Shown: positions 46,646-59,660, numbered from the whole stretch's first letter. The stretch is 63,654 nucleotides of DNA, filler included, from Octopus bimaculoides (GCF_001194135.2; 7 parts of 7 records of this genome joined end to end with filler, not necessarily neighbours in it), one strand, 5' to 3'. The notes: a model not told the origin generated them from the letters alone. Numbers and translations: made by a program.

Positions 46646-47345
46646 TGTGTGTGTGTATGTCATATAACTATATATCTGTATGTATATGTATATATNNNNN
46701 NNNNNNNNNNNNNNNNNNNNNNNNNNNNNNNNNNNNNNNNNNNNNNNNNNNNNNNNNNNNNNNNNNNNNNNNNNNNNNNNNNNNNNNNNNNNNNNNNNNN
46801 NNNNNNNNNNNNNNNNNNNNNNNNNNNNNNNNNNNNNNNNNNNNNNNNNNNNNNNNNNNNNNNNNNNNNNNNNNNNNNNNNNNNNNNNNNNNNNNNNNNN
46901 NNNNNNNNNNNNNNNNNNNNNNNNNNNNNNNNNNNNNNNNNNNNNNNNNNNNNNNNNNNNNNNNNNNNNNNNNNNNNNNNNNNNNNNNNNNNNNNNNNNN
47001 NNNNNNNNNNNNNNNNNNNNNNNNNNNNNNNNNNNNNNNNNNNNNNNNNNNNNNNNNNNNNNNNNNNNNNNNNNNNNNNNNNNNNNNNNNNNNNNNNNNN
47101 NNNNNNNNNNNNNNNNNNNNNNNNNNNNNNNNNNNNNNNNNNNNNNNNNNNNNNNNNNNNNNNNNNNNNNNNNNNNNNNNNNNNNNNNNNNNNNNNNNNN
47201 NNNNNNNNNNNNNNNNNNNNNNNNNNNNNNNNNNNNNNNNNNNNNNNNNNNNNNNNNNNNNNNNNNNNNNNNNNNNNNNNNNNNNNNNNNNNNNNNNNNN
47301 NNNNNNNNNNNNNNNNNNNNNNNNNNNNNNNNNNNNNNNNNTTAT

Positions 47346-47672
47346 ATGCGTGGCCGTTGCCAGTACCGCCTGACTGGCTCCCGTAGGATTTTCGAGCGAG
47401 ATCGTTGCCAGTGCCCCTGGACTGGCTTGTGCGGGTGGCACATAAAAGACACCATTTCGAGCGTGGCCGTTTACGTGCAGGTGACACGTAAAAGCACCCA
47501 CTGCACTCTCTGAGTGGTTGGCATTAGGAAGGGCATCCAGCTGTAGAAACTCTGCCAAATTAGACTGGCGCCTGGTGTTGCCATCCGGTTTCACCAGTCC
47601 TCAGTCAAATCGTCCAACCCATGCTAGCATGGAAAGCGGACGTTAAACGATGATGATGATGATGATGATGAT
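47346..47672 (+). mobile_element. SINE family D
   Basis: Ends GCTAGCATGGAAAGCGGACGTTAAACGATGATGATG. Confidence 0.85.
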
Positions 47673-48369
47673 AAACATGCATCCCTGTGGCTAATCTTAA
47701 AACTGCTAGAAGATAATGGCTGATGGCTGTGAAAATCCACAAGAAAATTCACTTGTATTTCAAATATCCTTAAGACCAAAACAGCAATTGAATAAATTAC
47801 ATTCTTATGAATGTAAAATTAATGAGTCGTTATATTAAGAAACACAGATGCATCTCTATGAATTTGTAAGAGACTTGAAACAGAACCCTGGTACCAAAGC
47901 AACAGTCCCTTGCACTTTATCCAAACAGACAGACCAAAAAAAAAAAAAAAAAAAAAAAAGAAATAGATGTACCAATTCCATTGTCTCTCATTCGCTGAGT
48001 AGATTCTCTATATTCCCCAAAAAAACAAAAAAGGAAAGAAGCCACAATCATTACAGCATCGACATTGATTGGTTGAATTCCACTCCATCCAAGTAGACAC
48101 AATTATAAACAGTAAAAGAACTCCATCGTCTGATCTCCATACCTCTCTCTTACTAATCAATACCTATATTCAATTATTAATATTTTACTATCTTTGATTT
48201 ATTTTGCTTCTTGTTTTTTCTTTTTTCTTTTGTTTGTTTCAATTTACTGTTATGAAAACAACATTCAGTTGGGGGCTGTATTTGTGTTTTATATATATAC
48301 GTCTATATATACATATACATATATATATTTACATACATGTATACATACATACATATATATATATACACT

Positions 48370-48403
<34 letters not shown>

Positions 48404-48439
48404 CATACATGTATACATACATACATATATATATACACT

Positions 48440-48471
<32 letters not shown>

Positions 48472-48561
48472 CATACATGTATACATACATATGTATATAT
48501 ATACACTTATACATGTAAATGTATATATATATACACTTACATATATCTACATATATATATA

Positions 48562-48623
<62 letters not shown>

Positions 48624-48723
48624 NNNNNNNNNNNNNNNNNNNNNNNNNNNNNNNNNNNNNNNNNNNNTTAATTAATTAANNNNNNNNNNNNNNNNNNNNN
48701 NNNNNNNNNNNNNNNNNNNNNNN

Positions 48724-48757
<34 letters not shown>

Positions 48758-48768
48758 TGTGTATATAT

Positions 48769-48812
<44 letters not shown>

Positions 48813-49691
48813 TATATATGTAAAAACAACATGCAGGCAGAGAGCTGCATATTGAGATGAACTACATCTATCAATATTATCATGGATCGTCAAGCCCGTA
48901 GAAAGAGCTGTTACACTTATAACACCTTTCTTTCACCCCCTTAATTTTCTGTCATTTGTACTCTGTGTAAATTGGATCTATTAATATGAATATCAATATA
49001 TTTGTACTTAAATTTTCATCGTCTGAAAGTCTGCTTTCTCTCGTTTTTCATGTATACGTATATGCATATTTTGTGTTACAAGCCCAAACTATTATACTTA
49101 ATATGTCTAATTTGTTTATCCTCATAATTGTCTTTAAGTATTTAATTATGTATGTATGTATGTATGTATGTATGTATGTATGTATGTATGTCCTTCTGTT
49201 TTATTTCAAGATGTTTTTCCAATACAGAAAGAGCCGGTTTATAACCTAAATCCAAAGCACCTTCATTGGAATTTCAACATCAACAGGGTATTTTTGTGTG
49301 TATGTATGTATGTATGTATGTATGTATACGTGCAGATTTGCATGCTTTATTTTATGTATGTCTTCTCATACATACACTTGCATATCTCATGTATACTTAA
49401 ATGATTTTTACAGTTCCAGTGATGGATTAGAACTGTTGTCTTCGAATTAACTTTCTCCATTTTGGTTTTGAGAAGCCTAATTTCTCAAGATTGGTATCTA
49501 GGTATAAACCCGAACTTGCAATCTGGATAGAGTGACTTTCTCAATAGTTCAGCGTAGCTATTCTCTTTTTCACTGATCTTCAGCTTTATGTTAACATCCA
49601 CTGGACAGCTGATTATATTAGTGTCCCAGCTATAATATCATCGGTAGATAATATCGTGATGATATTTTCGGACAACTACTTATGATGTGGG

Positions 49692-49895
49692 GGATCTATT
49701 CAATCTCAGTAACAGATTTTTTAATTAATTTTTTAAGCTAAATAGTTTGAAACTTCGGATATTGGTTGAATGTGTCGCATAGAACACGGTTTACTCTTAA
49801 CGTTTTTGACAAAATTTTGTATTTTAAAAGTTATTTCGTCTTAAAGTTGTATTTGGGTAATTTTTAACCAATCAATGACGTGTATTCAGCTGAAG
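49692..49895 (+). mobile_element. Left-arm fragment of a relative of the Merlin-like MITE at 3769
   Basis: Starts GGATCT; TTTGAAACTTCGGATATTGGTTGAATGTGTC and AAGTTGTATTTGGGTAATTTTTAACCAATCAATGACGTGTATTCAGC align with 3810-3960. Confidence 0.65.
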
Positions 49896-49955
49896 AAAGT
49901 TACTGCTGTTTGCGAAAGTAATGGAAGAGCAACAACTTCCGGGTCATCTGGTCAT

Positions 49956-49958
<3 letters not shown>

Positions 49959-50050
<92 letters not shown>

Positions 50051-50070
50051 TGAGAGAGAGAGAGAGAGAG
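49959..50070. repeat. (GA)n microsatellite
   Basis: Directly visible. Confidence 0.97.
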
Positions 50071-50684
50071 GTGGGAGAAAAGTAGAAAAGATAAGAAAGG
50101 TGGGTGAGAAAAACAGCAAGTTCTTTTATAGGAATCAGATACGTGTGTGTGTGTGCATGTGTATTTTTCCATCTTATCCAATGAGTCCTCTCATTTATAT
50201 AATGTTAGCGTGTGACATTGGGAGAGATTTGGCTATTATTTCTAGCAGGTCAAGCAATTATACAGATTCTCACAATTTCTCTCAGACACAGTACATACAT
50301 GCATACATGCACGCATACATACATACATACATACATAAATACATACATACATACACACATACACACACACATACATACATACATAATACATACATCCATA
50401 CATACATGCAAACATACACATACATACCTACATACATACATATACATACACACAAATATACGCTTTAATCGTTGATTTCAGTGAACTCGTTCAGTGATTG
50501 CGCCTGATATTTTAACGTAACATTGTGGGCAACTGTTTTATCGAATACAGAGAGCTCCGAGGTCTAAATTTTCTTTATTCGTCTGTAATATTCTTTAGTG
50601 AGACGTCTCTTGTTACAGGTGCCATTGTAAGATATGTTTGTATGTACATACATTCACTTGTCGTCAATGAGAGAACAGGTCGGA

Positions 50685-51110
50685 TGGGCAGGACACCCTG
50701 TTCGAATTCCTGACACACGACTACTCAAATGAATGTTTTACAGTGAATTGGCAGAAGGTAAGCGCACACAAAGTGAGTAGAAAAAGCTTTTCCAAGATAC
50801 ACTGAAACCTAACTGAAGTGTTTTTCAGATGAACTCTGACACTTGGGAAATGTAGGCACAGCACCGCCCGCCCTGCCTAGCGTAGCTGTACCAACAGAGG
50901 TGACACCTACTACGAACAGAATAGGATTGCTGCAGCACAAAGAAAACGTGAGCTGCGCATGTCTAGAGCCAACAACTCCTTGCCTTTATTTCCAGCAGTC
51001 TACCAGTGACTGACCTGCAACAGAACCTTTTCAACGTACTATACAGATGGTTCAATGAGTCTGTGTACCCACTGTCTTTCATGGTTTCTGGTCAATATTA
51101 CTTCTACTTA
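50685..51110 (+). mobile_element. RTE/BovB-type LINE 3' fragment
   Basis: WAGHPVRIPDTRLLK*MFYSELAEGKRTQSE*KKLFQDTLK...EQNRIAAAQRKRE, matching the RTE RT C-terminus. Confidence 0.85.
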
Positions 51111-52129
51111 TAACTCTTTTCTCCCTACACCAATGATGACTTCTAGTGCGAGATCCTTTTTCATGTCTAAACAGGGCTTGAACACAAAACTGCGAGTTTA
51201 TTAATCTTAGTAGTAATTTGTACAAATATCATTAGACCTATTTAGAGTTAGATCGGATGGATCAGTGGAAGTTAAGGGGCTTGGATGATAACTCAAGTAG
51301 CACTGTGTACTGTGATACCTACAATTGAACTATGAGCTGTTGTTCCTTTACTGTATTTACCCAAAGTAGCTACAAGATACGCTAAAAGCTATTTCAAAGA
51401 AGAGTTCGCGTGACTTTGGTTTCTGTAAATTGAGAGAATCAAAAACCTAGAAATGAAATTATTCTACAGCGGATAACTTTCTGGACAAATCTAGACTATC
51501 AACAGCAAACCCTCATATTTTAAACACTGCTACCGCTTCTTACGCTTACGAATTATACTTGTTACAACTGAAGGGGATTAACTGTAGGAAATTAAGTATC
51601 TTGGTTATGGATAAACAAAATCACCTACAGCGCAATGCGAGCGTCGACTGTTCGGTTGTTTTTCCAGGATGTTCTGCATCATCAACTTCTCATCAAGCTG
51701 GAGCGTCACATAGCCATTCTTCCGATATCTAATATATCATTTATGTTATTTAGAAAGTAGAAAACTCAGGTGAATTCAAATGAAAGCGCAGTAAGATCGA
51801 AAGCATCGTTCAGTTGCATTCTTCAAATCAAAATCAATAACCCTCACTCAGTATTTTTCACTTTATCTCTTGCATTTTCTTTACTAATGTTTCACTATAA
51901 TCAAAATTTTAATCTCAACGCTATACCGCCATCTTCACTACAATCACCATCATTAACATTGTTACATATCCTAGCAACTAACGACCTCTCTAACTTCGCT
52001 AACCTCTCTTCCACAACCACGGTAGTGTTACTCGTTCTGTGCACCATCTGTATTGCCACCACAATTGCTACCACGACCAGAACTATCGCAATCAGCACAC
52101 ACACACACACACACGCACACACACGCACG

Positions 52130-52165
<36 letters not shown>

Positions 52166-52301
52166 TACACACACAAACACAAACACACACACACACACAG
52201 ACACCGCTGCTATTATTTTCACTATGAACATCACACCACCACAAACACCACCATCATCCCCGCCCTAGCAAACTGAAACAATTACAACAACAACAACAAC
52301 A

Positions 52302-52366
<65 letters not shown>

Positions 52367-52659
52367 AGTCATCAACGCCAACATTATAAACACTGTCATA
52401 CAAAATCTATTCTAATACCACCTCCACCATTGATATCATGATGTACATCATCATCATCGTCATCACCGTCATCATTGCCATCGCCAGTAACACCTCTACC
52501 GTCGTCAGACGTAAATTGATCAGCGTCGCTAGAGCCAGCTCAATCACCGTCTACTCCACTATCGACACCGCAAGGAATTACACCATCATCTGCCCCAAAA
52601 CCACTACCACCCAACCTCCAACCCCCTCACTCCAACTTTAACTCCAGTCCCTCTCTCCT

Positions 52660-52716
<57 letters not shown>

Positions 52717-52897
52717 GTGTGTTTGTCTATCTGTCTAGCTATCGATATTTATCCAACAGTATACAAAACACTCTGCTGATATATATATATATATATNNNN
52801 NNNNNNNNNNNNNNNNNNNNNNNNNNNNNNNNNNNNNNNNTTAATTAATTAANNNNNNNNNNNNNNNNNNNNNNNNNNNNNNNNNNNNNNNNNNNNA

Positions 52898-53078
52898 CCA
52901 TTGCTTGACAACTGATGTTAGTGTGTTTACGTCCCTGTAACTTAGTGGTTTGGCAAAAGAAACCAATAGAATAAGTGCTAGGCTTACAAAAATAAGTCCT
53001 GGGGTTGATTTGTTTGACTAAAGGTGGTGCTCCAGCATGGCCACAGCCAAGTGACTGAAACAAATAAAAAAATAAAAG
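52898..53078 (+). mobile_element. SINE family A tail half
   Basis: TTGCTTGACAACTGATG...GGTGCTCCAGCATGGCCACAGCCAAGTGACTGAAAC. Confidence 0.8.
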
Positions 53079-53349
53079 AATATATATATACACACACACA
53101 TATATAAGTGTGAGTGTGTGTCTGTTTGTCTTGACATCATGTGATTGTTATAAATGATTGTCTGTCTTATAAGCTGTGTCATTTATTTCCAATATTCTGT
53201 GAGAACCTGTCTGGCCATAGTGAAATATTATTTATTATCTTATTTGGAAACAGGTCAGGGTTGGTGATAGGAAGAACGTCCTGTCTTTGGAAATTTACCT
53301 CAGTAAACTCTGTCTAACCCATGATGATGGTGAATAATAATAATAATAA

Positions 53350-53562
53350 TAATAATAATAGCCTGAATGCAGTACCAGGCAGTGGCTCTCATGGCTTCTG
53401 ATCTTAACTGATTGGAAGTGTTATCATGTACATTGTTTTGTCTTGGTATAAAAAGATGGGCTACAGCAAATATTCTGCTTAATACCACAGATTTGTTTGT
53501 CAGTTGTTTGACCCTAACCAGTTGAGCATGTCCCTTGGTGGCTGACGATATGTGCATCTCTG
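53350..53562 (-). mobile_element. Probable SINE/LINE 3' tail, family G (my label), ending in an (ATT)n run
   Basis: Unique-looking 210 bp abutting an (AAT)n tract at 53330-53350 and truncated by a gap; no second copy in the window. Confidence 0.35.
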
Positions 53563-54078
53563 NNNNNNNNNNNNNNNNNNNNNNNNNNNNNNNNNNNNNN
53601 NNNNNNNNNNNNNNNNNNNNNNNNNNNNNNNNNNNNNNNNNNNNNNNNNNNNNNNNNNNNNNNNNNNNNNNNNNNNNNNNNNNNNNNNNNNNNNNNNNNN
53701 NNNNNNNNNNNNNNNNNNNNNNNNNNNNNNNNNNNNNNNNNNNNNNNNNNNNNNNNNNNNNNNNNNNNNNNNNNNNNNNNNNNNNNNNNNNNNNNNNNNN
53801 NNNNNNNNNNNNNNNNNNNNNNNNNNNNNNNNNNNNNNNNNNNNNNNNNNNNNNNNNNNNNNNNNNNNNNNNNNNNNNNNNNNNNNNNNNNNNNNNNNNN
53901 NNNNNNNNNNNNNNNNNNNNNNNNNNNNNNNNNNNNNNNNNNNNNNNNNNNNNNNNNNNNNNNNNNNNNNNNNNNNNNNNNNNNNNNNNNNNNNNNNNNN
54001 NNNNNNNNNNNNNNNNNNNNNNNNNNNNNNNNNNNNNNNNNNNNNNNNNNNNNNNNNNNNNNNNNNNNNNNNNNNNNA

Positions 54079-54175
54079 TTTGAAAATGATACCAGGCTTA
54101 CCATCCCTACAGGAAGTGCAAAAAATCGTGTTAACTGGAATGACTCATGTACTGAGAAGAGCATTATCGCTGTGA
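54079..54175 (+). mobile_element. R4/Dong-type LINE extreme C-terminus
   Basis: LKMIPGLPSLQEVQKIVLTGMTHVLRRALSL*, homologous to the ends of the LINEs at 29.4 and 31.6 kb; the upstream part is in a gap. Confidence 0.75.
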
Positions 54176-54349
54176 AAACAACATCCATTCATGAATTTTT
54201 TTTTTTTTTTAAATACATATTTTACCTGTGAATTTGTGTGTGTAAACTGGGAATGTATACAACGAGTTTCTCTGCCCTAGGTGTACGGAAAACACTCGGC
54301 GAGAAATGGAAGAAAATTTGAAGAAAGAAGAAAAAAAAAAAACAACAAC

Positions 54350-54380
<31 letters not shown>

Positions 54381-55039
54381 CAGCAGCAACAACAACAACA
54401 ATGCTGTCAGCTTTTCCAAATTTCTAGAACTAACTCTATTCATGCTTATGTAAAAAAAGGGAGTAGGGTTTAAAAATGGAGAAGAAACCACCAAAACATA
54501 CAAATCATTTAAAAATATCTTTGTTTTTATCATTTCAGTATTAATTACTGCTTTTGATCTTTCCAACATATCTACACTACACACAGCAGTTACCTGGATG
54601 ACAGATGCTGCCAAAAATGCTGACAACCCTTGTAGATTCTTGGTAGGAACCAAAAAGGATACACTTGTAAGGTTTCTTTCTTAAATACAATCATTTTAAG
54701 TGAACTATGAAGCATGCTATCTGTATATAGTCAAGGATTCAAACATCATTGCATTACAAATTGACTTAATATAGTTTGCCTAGCTCAAATATATTCCATG
54801 CTTGATGGTAGTTGAATGATTAGTATCTTATTGTATCTTGCTTGACTGAAATATGTTCCATACTTCTTTGATTGTTGAATGGATCGCAGTTGGTTGTATA
54901 GTTTTACGGTAGTTTTGTCTGGCATTACTCAAACAATATCCAAATTTTGTGAAAAACACAACTTCTTTGCTAGTGAAGAAAAATGAATTTCAAAAGCATA
55001 ATAAAATAAACGAACTAATTTTAATTATTGATAAGTGCT

Positions 55040-55212
55040 GATGTGAATCAGCACTGTATAGTAAGAAGCTTGCTTCCCAACCACATGGTTTCAGGTTCTC
55101 TCCTATTGTGTGGCACTTTGGGCAAGTGTCTTCTACTGTAACTCCAGCCTGACAAAAACCTTGTGAATGGATTTGATTGAGGGAAACTAAAAGAAGCTCA
55201 TTGTGTGTGTTT
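55040..55212 (+). mobile_element. SINE family A, 5' half
   Basis: GTAAGAAGCTTGCTTCCCAACCACATGG...GGCAAGTGTCTTCTACT. Confidence 0.8.
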
Positions 55213-55239
55213 GTGTGTGTGTGTATATATATATATATA

Positions 55240-55400
55240 TCTTAATATATAAAGCTGAAGTTGTGTGTCTGTGTGAAGCCTTTTTGAAAGTTTATAGAAA
55301 TCCACATTTTCCACTTTTTCGTAAAAATTTTTTACATCAATGGAATTTTCTCGATGTGAACTTTCCAGTGCAGTAATTAGATTTTTTAAATTCCGTTTAC
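55240..55400 (+). mobile_element. Possible Helitron 5' end
   Basis: A|TCTTAATATATAAAGCTGAAGTTGTGTGTCTGT resembles the TC...TATATAAA 5' terminus of non-autonomous Helitrons. No 3' hairpin-CTAG was found (a gap follows). Confidence 0.4.
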
Positions 55401-56309
55401 TTTGTGTGATTTAAGGGAGATTTGGCTGTTGTTTCTAGCAACTTTTATATTTCATCCCTTCTACCTGGAACGCCATTCTTACACACGCGNNNNNNNNNNN
55501 NNNNNNNNNNNNNNNNNNNNNNNNNNNNNNNNNNNNNNNNNNNNNNNNNNNNNNNNNNNNNNNNNNNNNNNNNNNNNNNNNNNNNNNNNNNNNNNNNNNN
55601 NNNNNNNNNNNNNNNNNNNNNNNNNNNNNNNNNNNNNNNNNNNNNNNNNNNNNNNNNNNNNNNNNNNNNNNNNNNNNNNNNNNNNNNNNNNNNNNNNNNN
55701 NNNNNNNNNNNNNNNNNNNNNNNNNNNNNNNNNNNNNNNNNNNNNNNNNNNNNNNNNNNNNNNNNNNNNNNNNNNNNNNNNNNNNNNNNNNNNNNNNNNN
55801 NNNNNNNNNNNNNNNNNNNNNNNNNNNNNNNNNNNNNNNNNNNNNNNNNNNNNNNNNNNNNNNNNNNNNNNNNNNNNNNNNNNNNNNNNNNNNNNNNNNN
55901 NNNNNNNNNNNNNNNNNNNNNNNNNNNNNNNNNNNNNNNNNNNNNNNNNNNNNNNNNNNNNNNNNNNNNNNNNNNNNNNNNNNNNNNNNNNNNNNNNNNN
56001 NNNNNNNNNNNNNNNNNNNTGAGAAGTGTTCCCCACTCGGTGGTGTTTCGGAGCAAGTCGTCCATATTTGTTTCATTTTTCTCTATTATGTGCTTATGTG
56101 CATCCTTAGATTTCTAATGAAGTAATAGGCAGTGAAGAGAAGCAGTCATAAGAAAACTTTTAACTACCCCTATTCCTTTCTCTCCCCCTCTCTATCTCTT
56201 CCTCTCTCACTCTCTCAAAAGCATACACGTGCAAGTACACAATCATTCAGTAAAATATAACTCATGTTCGTCAATGTTTTGTAAATTTACCACGATTTTC
56301 ACTAGGATG

Positions 56310-56446
56310 TTAGGGTTAGGGTTAGGGTTTTAGGGTCAGGGTTAGGACTTAGGATTAATGTTACGGCTATGGTTTTTAGGGTCAGGGTTATGTTTAGGGT
56401 TAGTGTTAGGGTTAGTGTTAGGATTAGGTTTAGGATTAGGGTTGGG
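56310..56446 (+). repeat. Degenerate interstitial (TTAGGG)n tract
   Basis: TTAGGG mixed with TCAGGG, TTAGTG, TTAGGA and TTTAGGG variants. Confidence 0.9.
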
Positions 56447-56949
56447 TAATCGTGTGGGTGTTAATCTGAAAAAATTACACATATGTGAAAAGTACCGACA
56501 CTGCCATCTATTATAACTTTTGTTGTTCTGNNNNNNNNNNNNNNNNNNNNNNNNNNNNNNNNNNNNNNNNNNNNTTAATTAATTAANNNNNNNNNNNNNN
56601 NNNNNNNNNNNNNNNNNNNNNNNNNNNNNNGAAATGGAATAAATTTTCAAAATTTTTTCTTTTTTTTTCATGAAAATATGTCTCCCATCACTCTGACGAC
56701 TTTGGTGAAAAACATTGGAAAAAATCCCCGTCAAAACGGAGAAATTCCAACTTATGTGGGCCGTCCGATCCGAAACTCCCAGAAACTGCTCTATCCCCAC
56801 CCCCTTCCAAAAATTTTACCTATAAATTTCTTTGTAATCGTAATCACCACCGTTTGAAAGGTATTTGTATAAAATTTCATTTCAACGTTTTTAGAATATC
56901 TCGAAGCACACACATAAAACTTATAATAGCATGTAAATATTGGCTTGAA

Positions 56950-57135
56950 CAGAGACGGCCTTCGACTCTCTCTATCCAAAAGGGCTTTTCGTCCACATAT
57001 TTATATGCTATGGCTTATAGATTTATGTATGTACTTCGAGATATTCGAAAAACGAATGATTTCATTTTCTCTCGAAAGTTTATAAAATTCTTATGACGTC
57101 AACAACATACAATTCTCGATGGTAAGAAGAAAGGT
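56950..57135 (+). mobile_element. Copy of repeat segment X without a tRNA head
   Basis: GCCTTCGAC...ATCCAAAAGGGCTTT and TTCTCTCGAAAGTTTATAAAATTC...CAACATACAATTCT align with 36340-36370 and 36170-36250. Confidence 0.6.
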
Positions 57136-57139
57136 CTTA

Positions 57140-57690
57140 AAATGGAGAGAGACGAAGGATTTCGCAAAAGTGGGAACTTGTTTCCAATCAAAGCTTTGTA
57201 ATGCTCCTTCTTTGCCCGGATAACTTTTTTACTTTCTGATTAAACTAGAGTTCCTTTACCACCGAACCGTTTTCGTCGACAGCACTGTAATGACACTGAA
57301 AATGACACTGCCAAACAAAACAATCTCCTCCCCGTTTCCTCAGTTTCTTCTGGAAGGTCTCTGATTTTGGATGCAAAGTATCCGCATATTTGCTTCTGAT
57401 TCCATCGTTCACCAGAACTTCTTACTTTATCCTGTAAGTCTCATTGAAGTTACCAATTTTGTGGATTCTCCCCGCTGTAGATAATCTCAGGTTGCAGACA
57501 ACTAGGTAGTGATGAGTTGATAGTCCTACCTCTCTCTTTACACGAACGTTCAGAACAGAATCAAAGCGGTCAGAGACGATGACATAATCTACTAGTGACC
57601 GCTGATAGATTTTTATTTGGACTCGTTGTTTGGTGTATATACTAGCAACTGTCACAGCTCTCCTTGAGAATTTCATATGCTACCATAATC
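57140..57690 (-). mobile_element. RTE-clade LINE fragment (AP endonuclease C-terminus and linker)
   Basis: RSLVDYVIVSDRFDSVLNVRVKREVGLSTHHYLVVCNLRL (IDY...SDH motif region), then ...KVKKVIRAKKEHYKAL. Confidence 0.8.
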
Positions 57691-58321
57691 CCATAGGCGC
57701 ATATCACCTATTAGAACTCTGATGAAATGGCAATGTTATGTAAACATATAATCTTATATAATCTCGCATATTATTGCATGCTAAGTTGTATGACACAATG
57801 TGTTAATAATGATAAATTTTTGCAACTGAAACACGTATAGTAATGCACAAATTACCTATTCGTTTTATCTTTATTATTATAATTACGTTGCGTTAGACGT
57901 ACCAATAAATCCTTCGATACTTTTCTATTTGCGGAATACGAGATACTAGTGGAATATCCGTTCAGTTTAGCCTTAACCACTTATCTAAATGTTTTGAGTT
58001 TTCTCGAGTTTTCTGTCAAGCCAAAACAGTGTGCTTCACTTTTGATTGTGTTGATCTATTTAATTTGGTCCTCTTATTTTTCACTGTGTGTAAGTGTGCA
58101 TGCATATATATATTTGAGTGTATATATATCTATATATATATATATATGAGTATTTGCGTTTATTTAATGACTCATAGGTCGAGAGTTTCACGTAAGGCAC
58201 TAATGCCGTGCTTTGAGCCATCTTCGTAACTTTCTACCCAATAAAAATTTAATGTGTGTATGTATGAGTGTGTGTGTATACGTGCGCGTGTGCGAATATG
58301 TGTGAGTGTATGTGTGAGAGA

Positions 58322-58370
<49 letters not shown>

Positions 58371-58389
58371 NNNNNNNNNNNNNNNNNNN

Positions 58390-58438
<49 letters not shown>

Positions 58439-59399
58439 CCATACGACTGGATTCATGCGTTGTTCTTTTAAAATATTTTCTCAGGTTTCCAAAATAATCT
58501 TTTATGTTTAGTTTGGAACAATAGCGTTCTTGTGTCCACTCTGATGGTTTTGTAATATATTCTTACTATGAGTATGTAGTTCGATTATATAGTATTGTGT
58601 TTACTTTTATGAGACTTTTTTTTATCATTCTAATAAAGTTTTATTTTTTATTATTCAAATGTATGTATTTAATAATCAAAAAGAACAACTTGTTTTCTTA
58701 ATTACAGATAAAGACGATTATATTACAAAAGTTAATAAAAACAGGAAATAGGTATATTATATTTGACATGATTACTACATATTCGTCAGAATTAAGAAAG
58801 ACAATTCTACTTAAGTAAAAATCAAGCTAAATGAATTATTTACAGCTGCTAACGCTCAAATAGGATCTATATATCTACAAAACTATTACATCTTTTAACA
58901 AAAGAATTTTTTCTTATCTATTATCCCCCAAATCAACATATTCACTCATAGAATCACCAAACGATAGTACCTTAAAGGAATGTATACCAGAGAGATGTAG
59001 CATACGATCACTGTGCAGTGGTGATTCGAAAACTAACCACTAGATAATTGGTCAGAGACCACGGACGTACCACCATAGTTTCATGTAATCGGTTCATTAC
59101 TCGACCAATCAGCGTGAGGCTGTGTTGTGATATGATCTTTACAAATGTTCTTGTCTCCTGTACAAGACGGTTTTGCCGTTCGGTTAATGGCTAAGTGTTG
59201 AAGGCTGTTAGCTGGCTGACACGCCTCTACTATTACCGATACGGATGGTTCCGAACATTTACGCAGATAATTCCAGGTTCTCGAACAGACGCATTCTGAA
59301 CATTCACACAACGTCTCAGAAGTAACTTCTACGGTCGAAACGCAGTTTTCCTCTCTATCCCAGTCTGGCTAGCATTAAATATTTCGTGGGTTTGCTTCA

Positions 59400-59660
59400 C
59401 TCAATCAACAAAATGTATCTTCATTTCCTCGCTACACGAACAACCAAGCAACATCAAGACAATTGGATGAATTCCCAGAAATTCTACAGGAAACCGACAG
59501 AGTCTGTTCATCAACTCCCAGTCATCGAAGCTTCCAGTGTACAGACATGCTACTACAAAAACACCGAATATGCCAAGAAACATCCTTAAATCGTTTTTGT
59601 TGGCCTACACAACTGATGTCTCTTCAGCTATCCACATTCAGAAAGATGGAGTATGACTGA
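59400..59660 (+). mobile_element. Possible highly decayed Penelope RT C-terminal fragment
   Basis: LHFLAT...FYRKPTESVHQL and, in another frame, HRICQETSLN...FRKMEY resemble the PLE FLD / YRKPT / RICS / NGY motifs. Confidence 0.35.
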
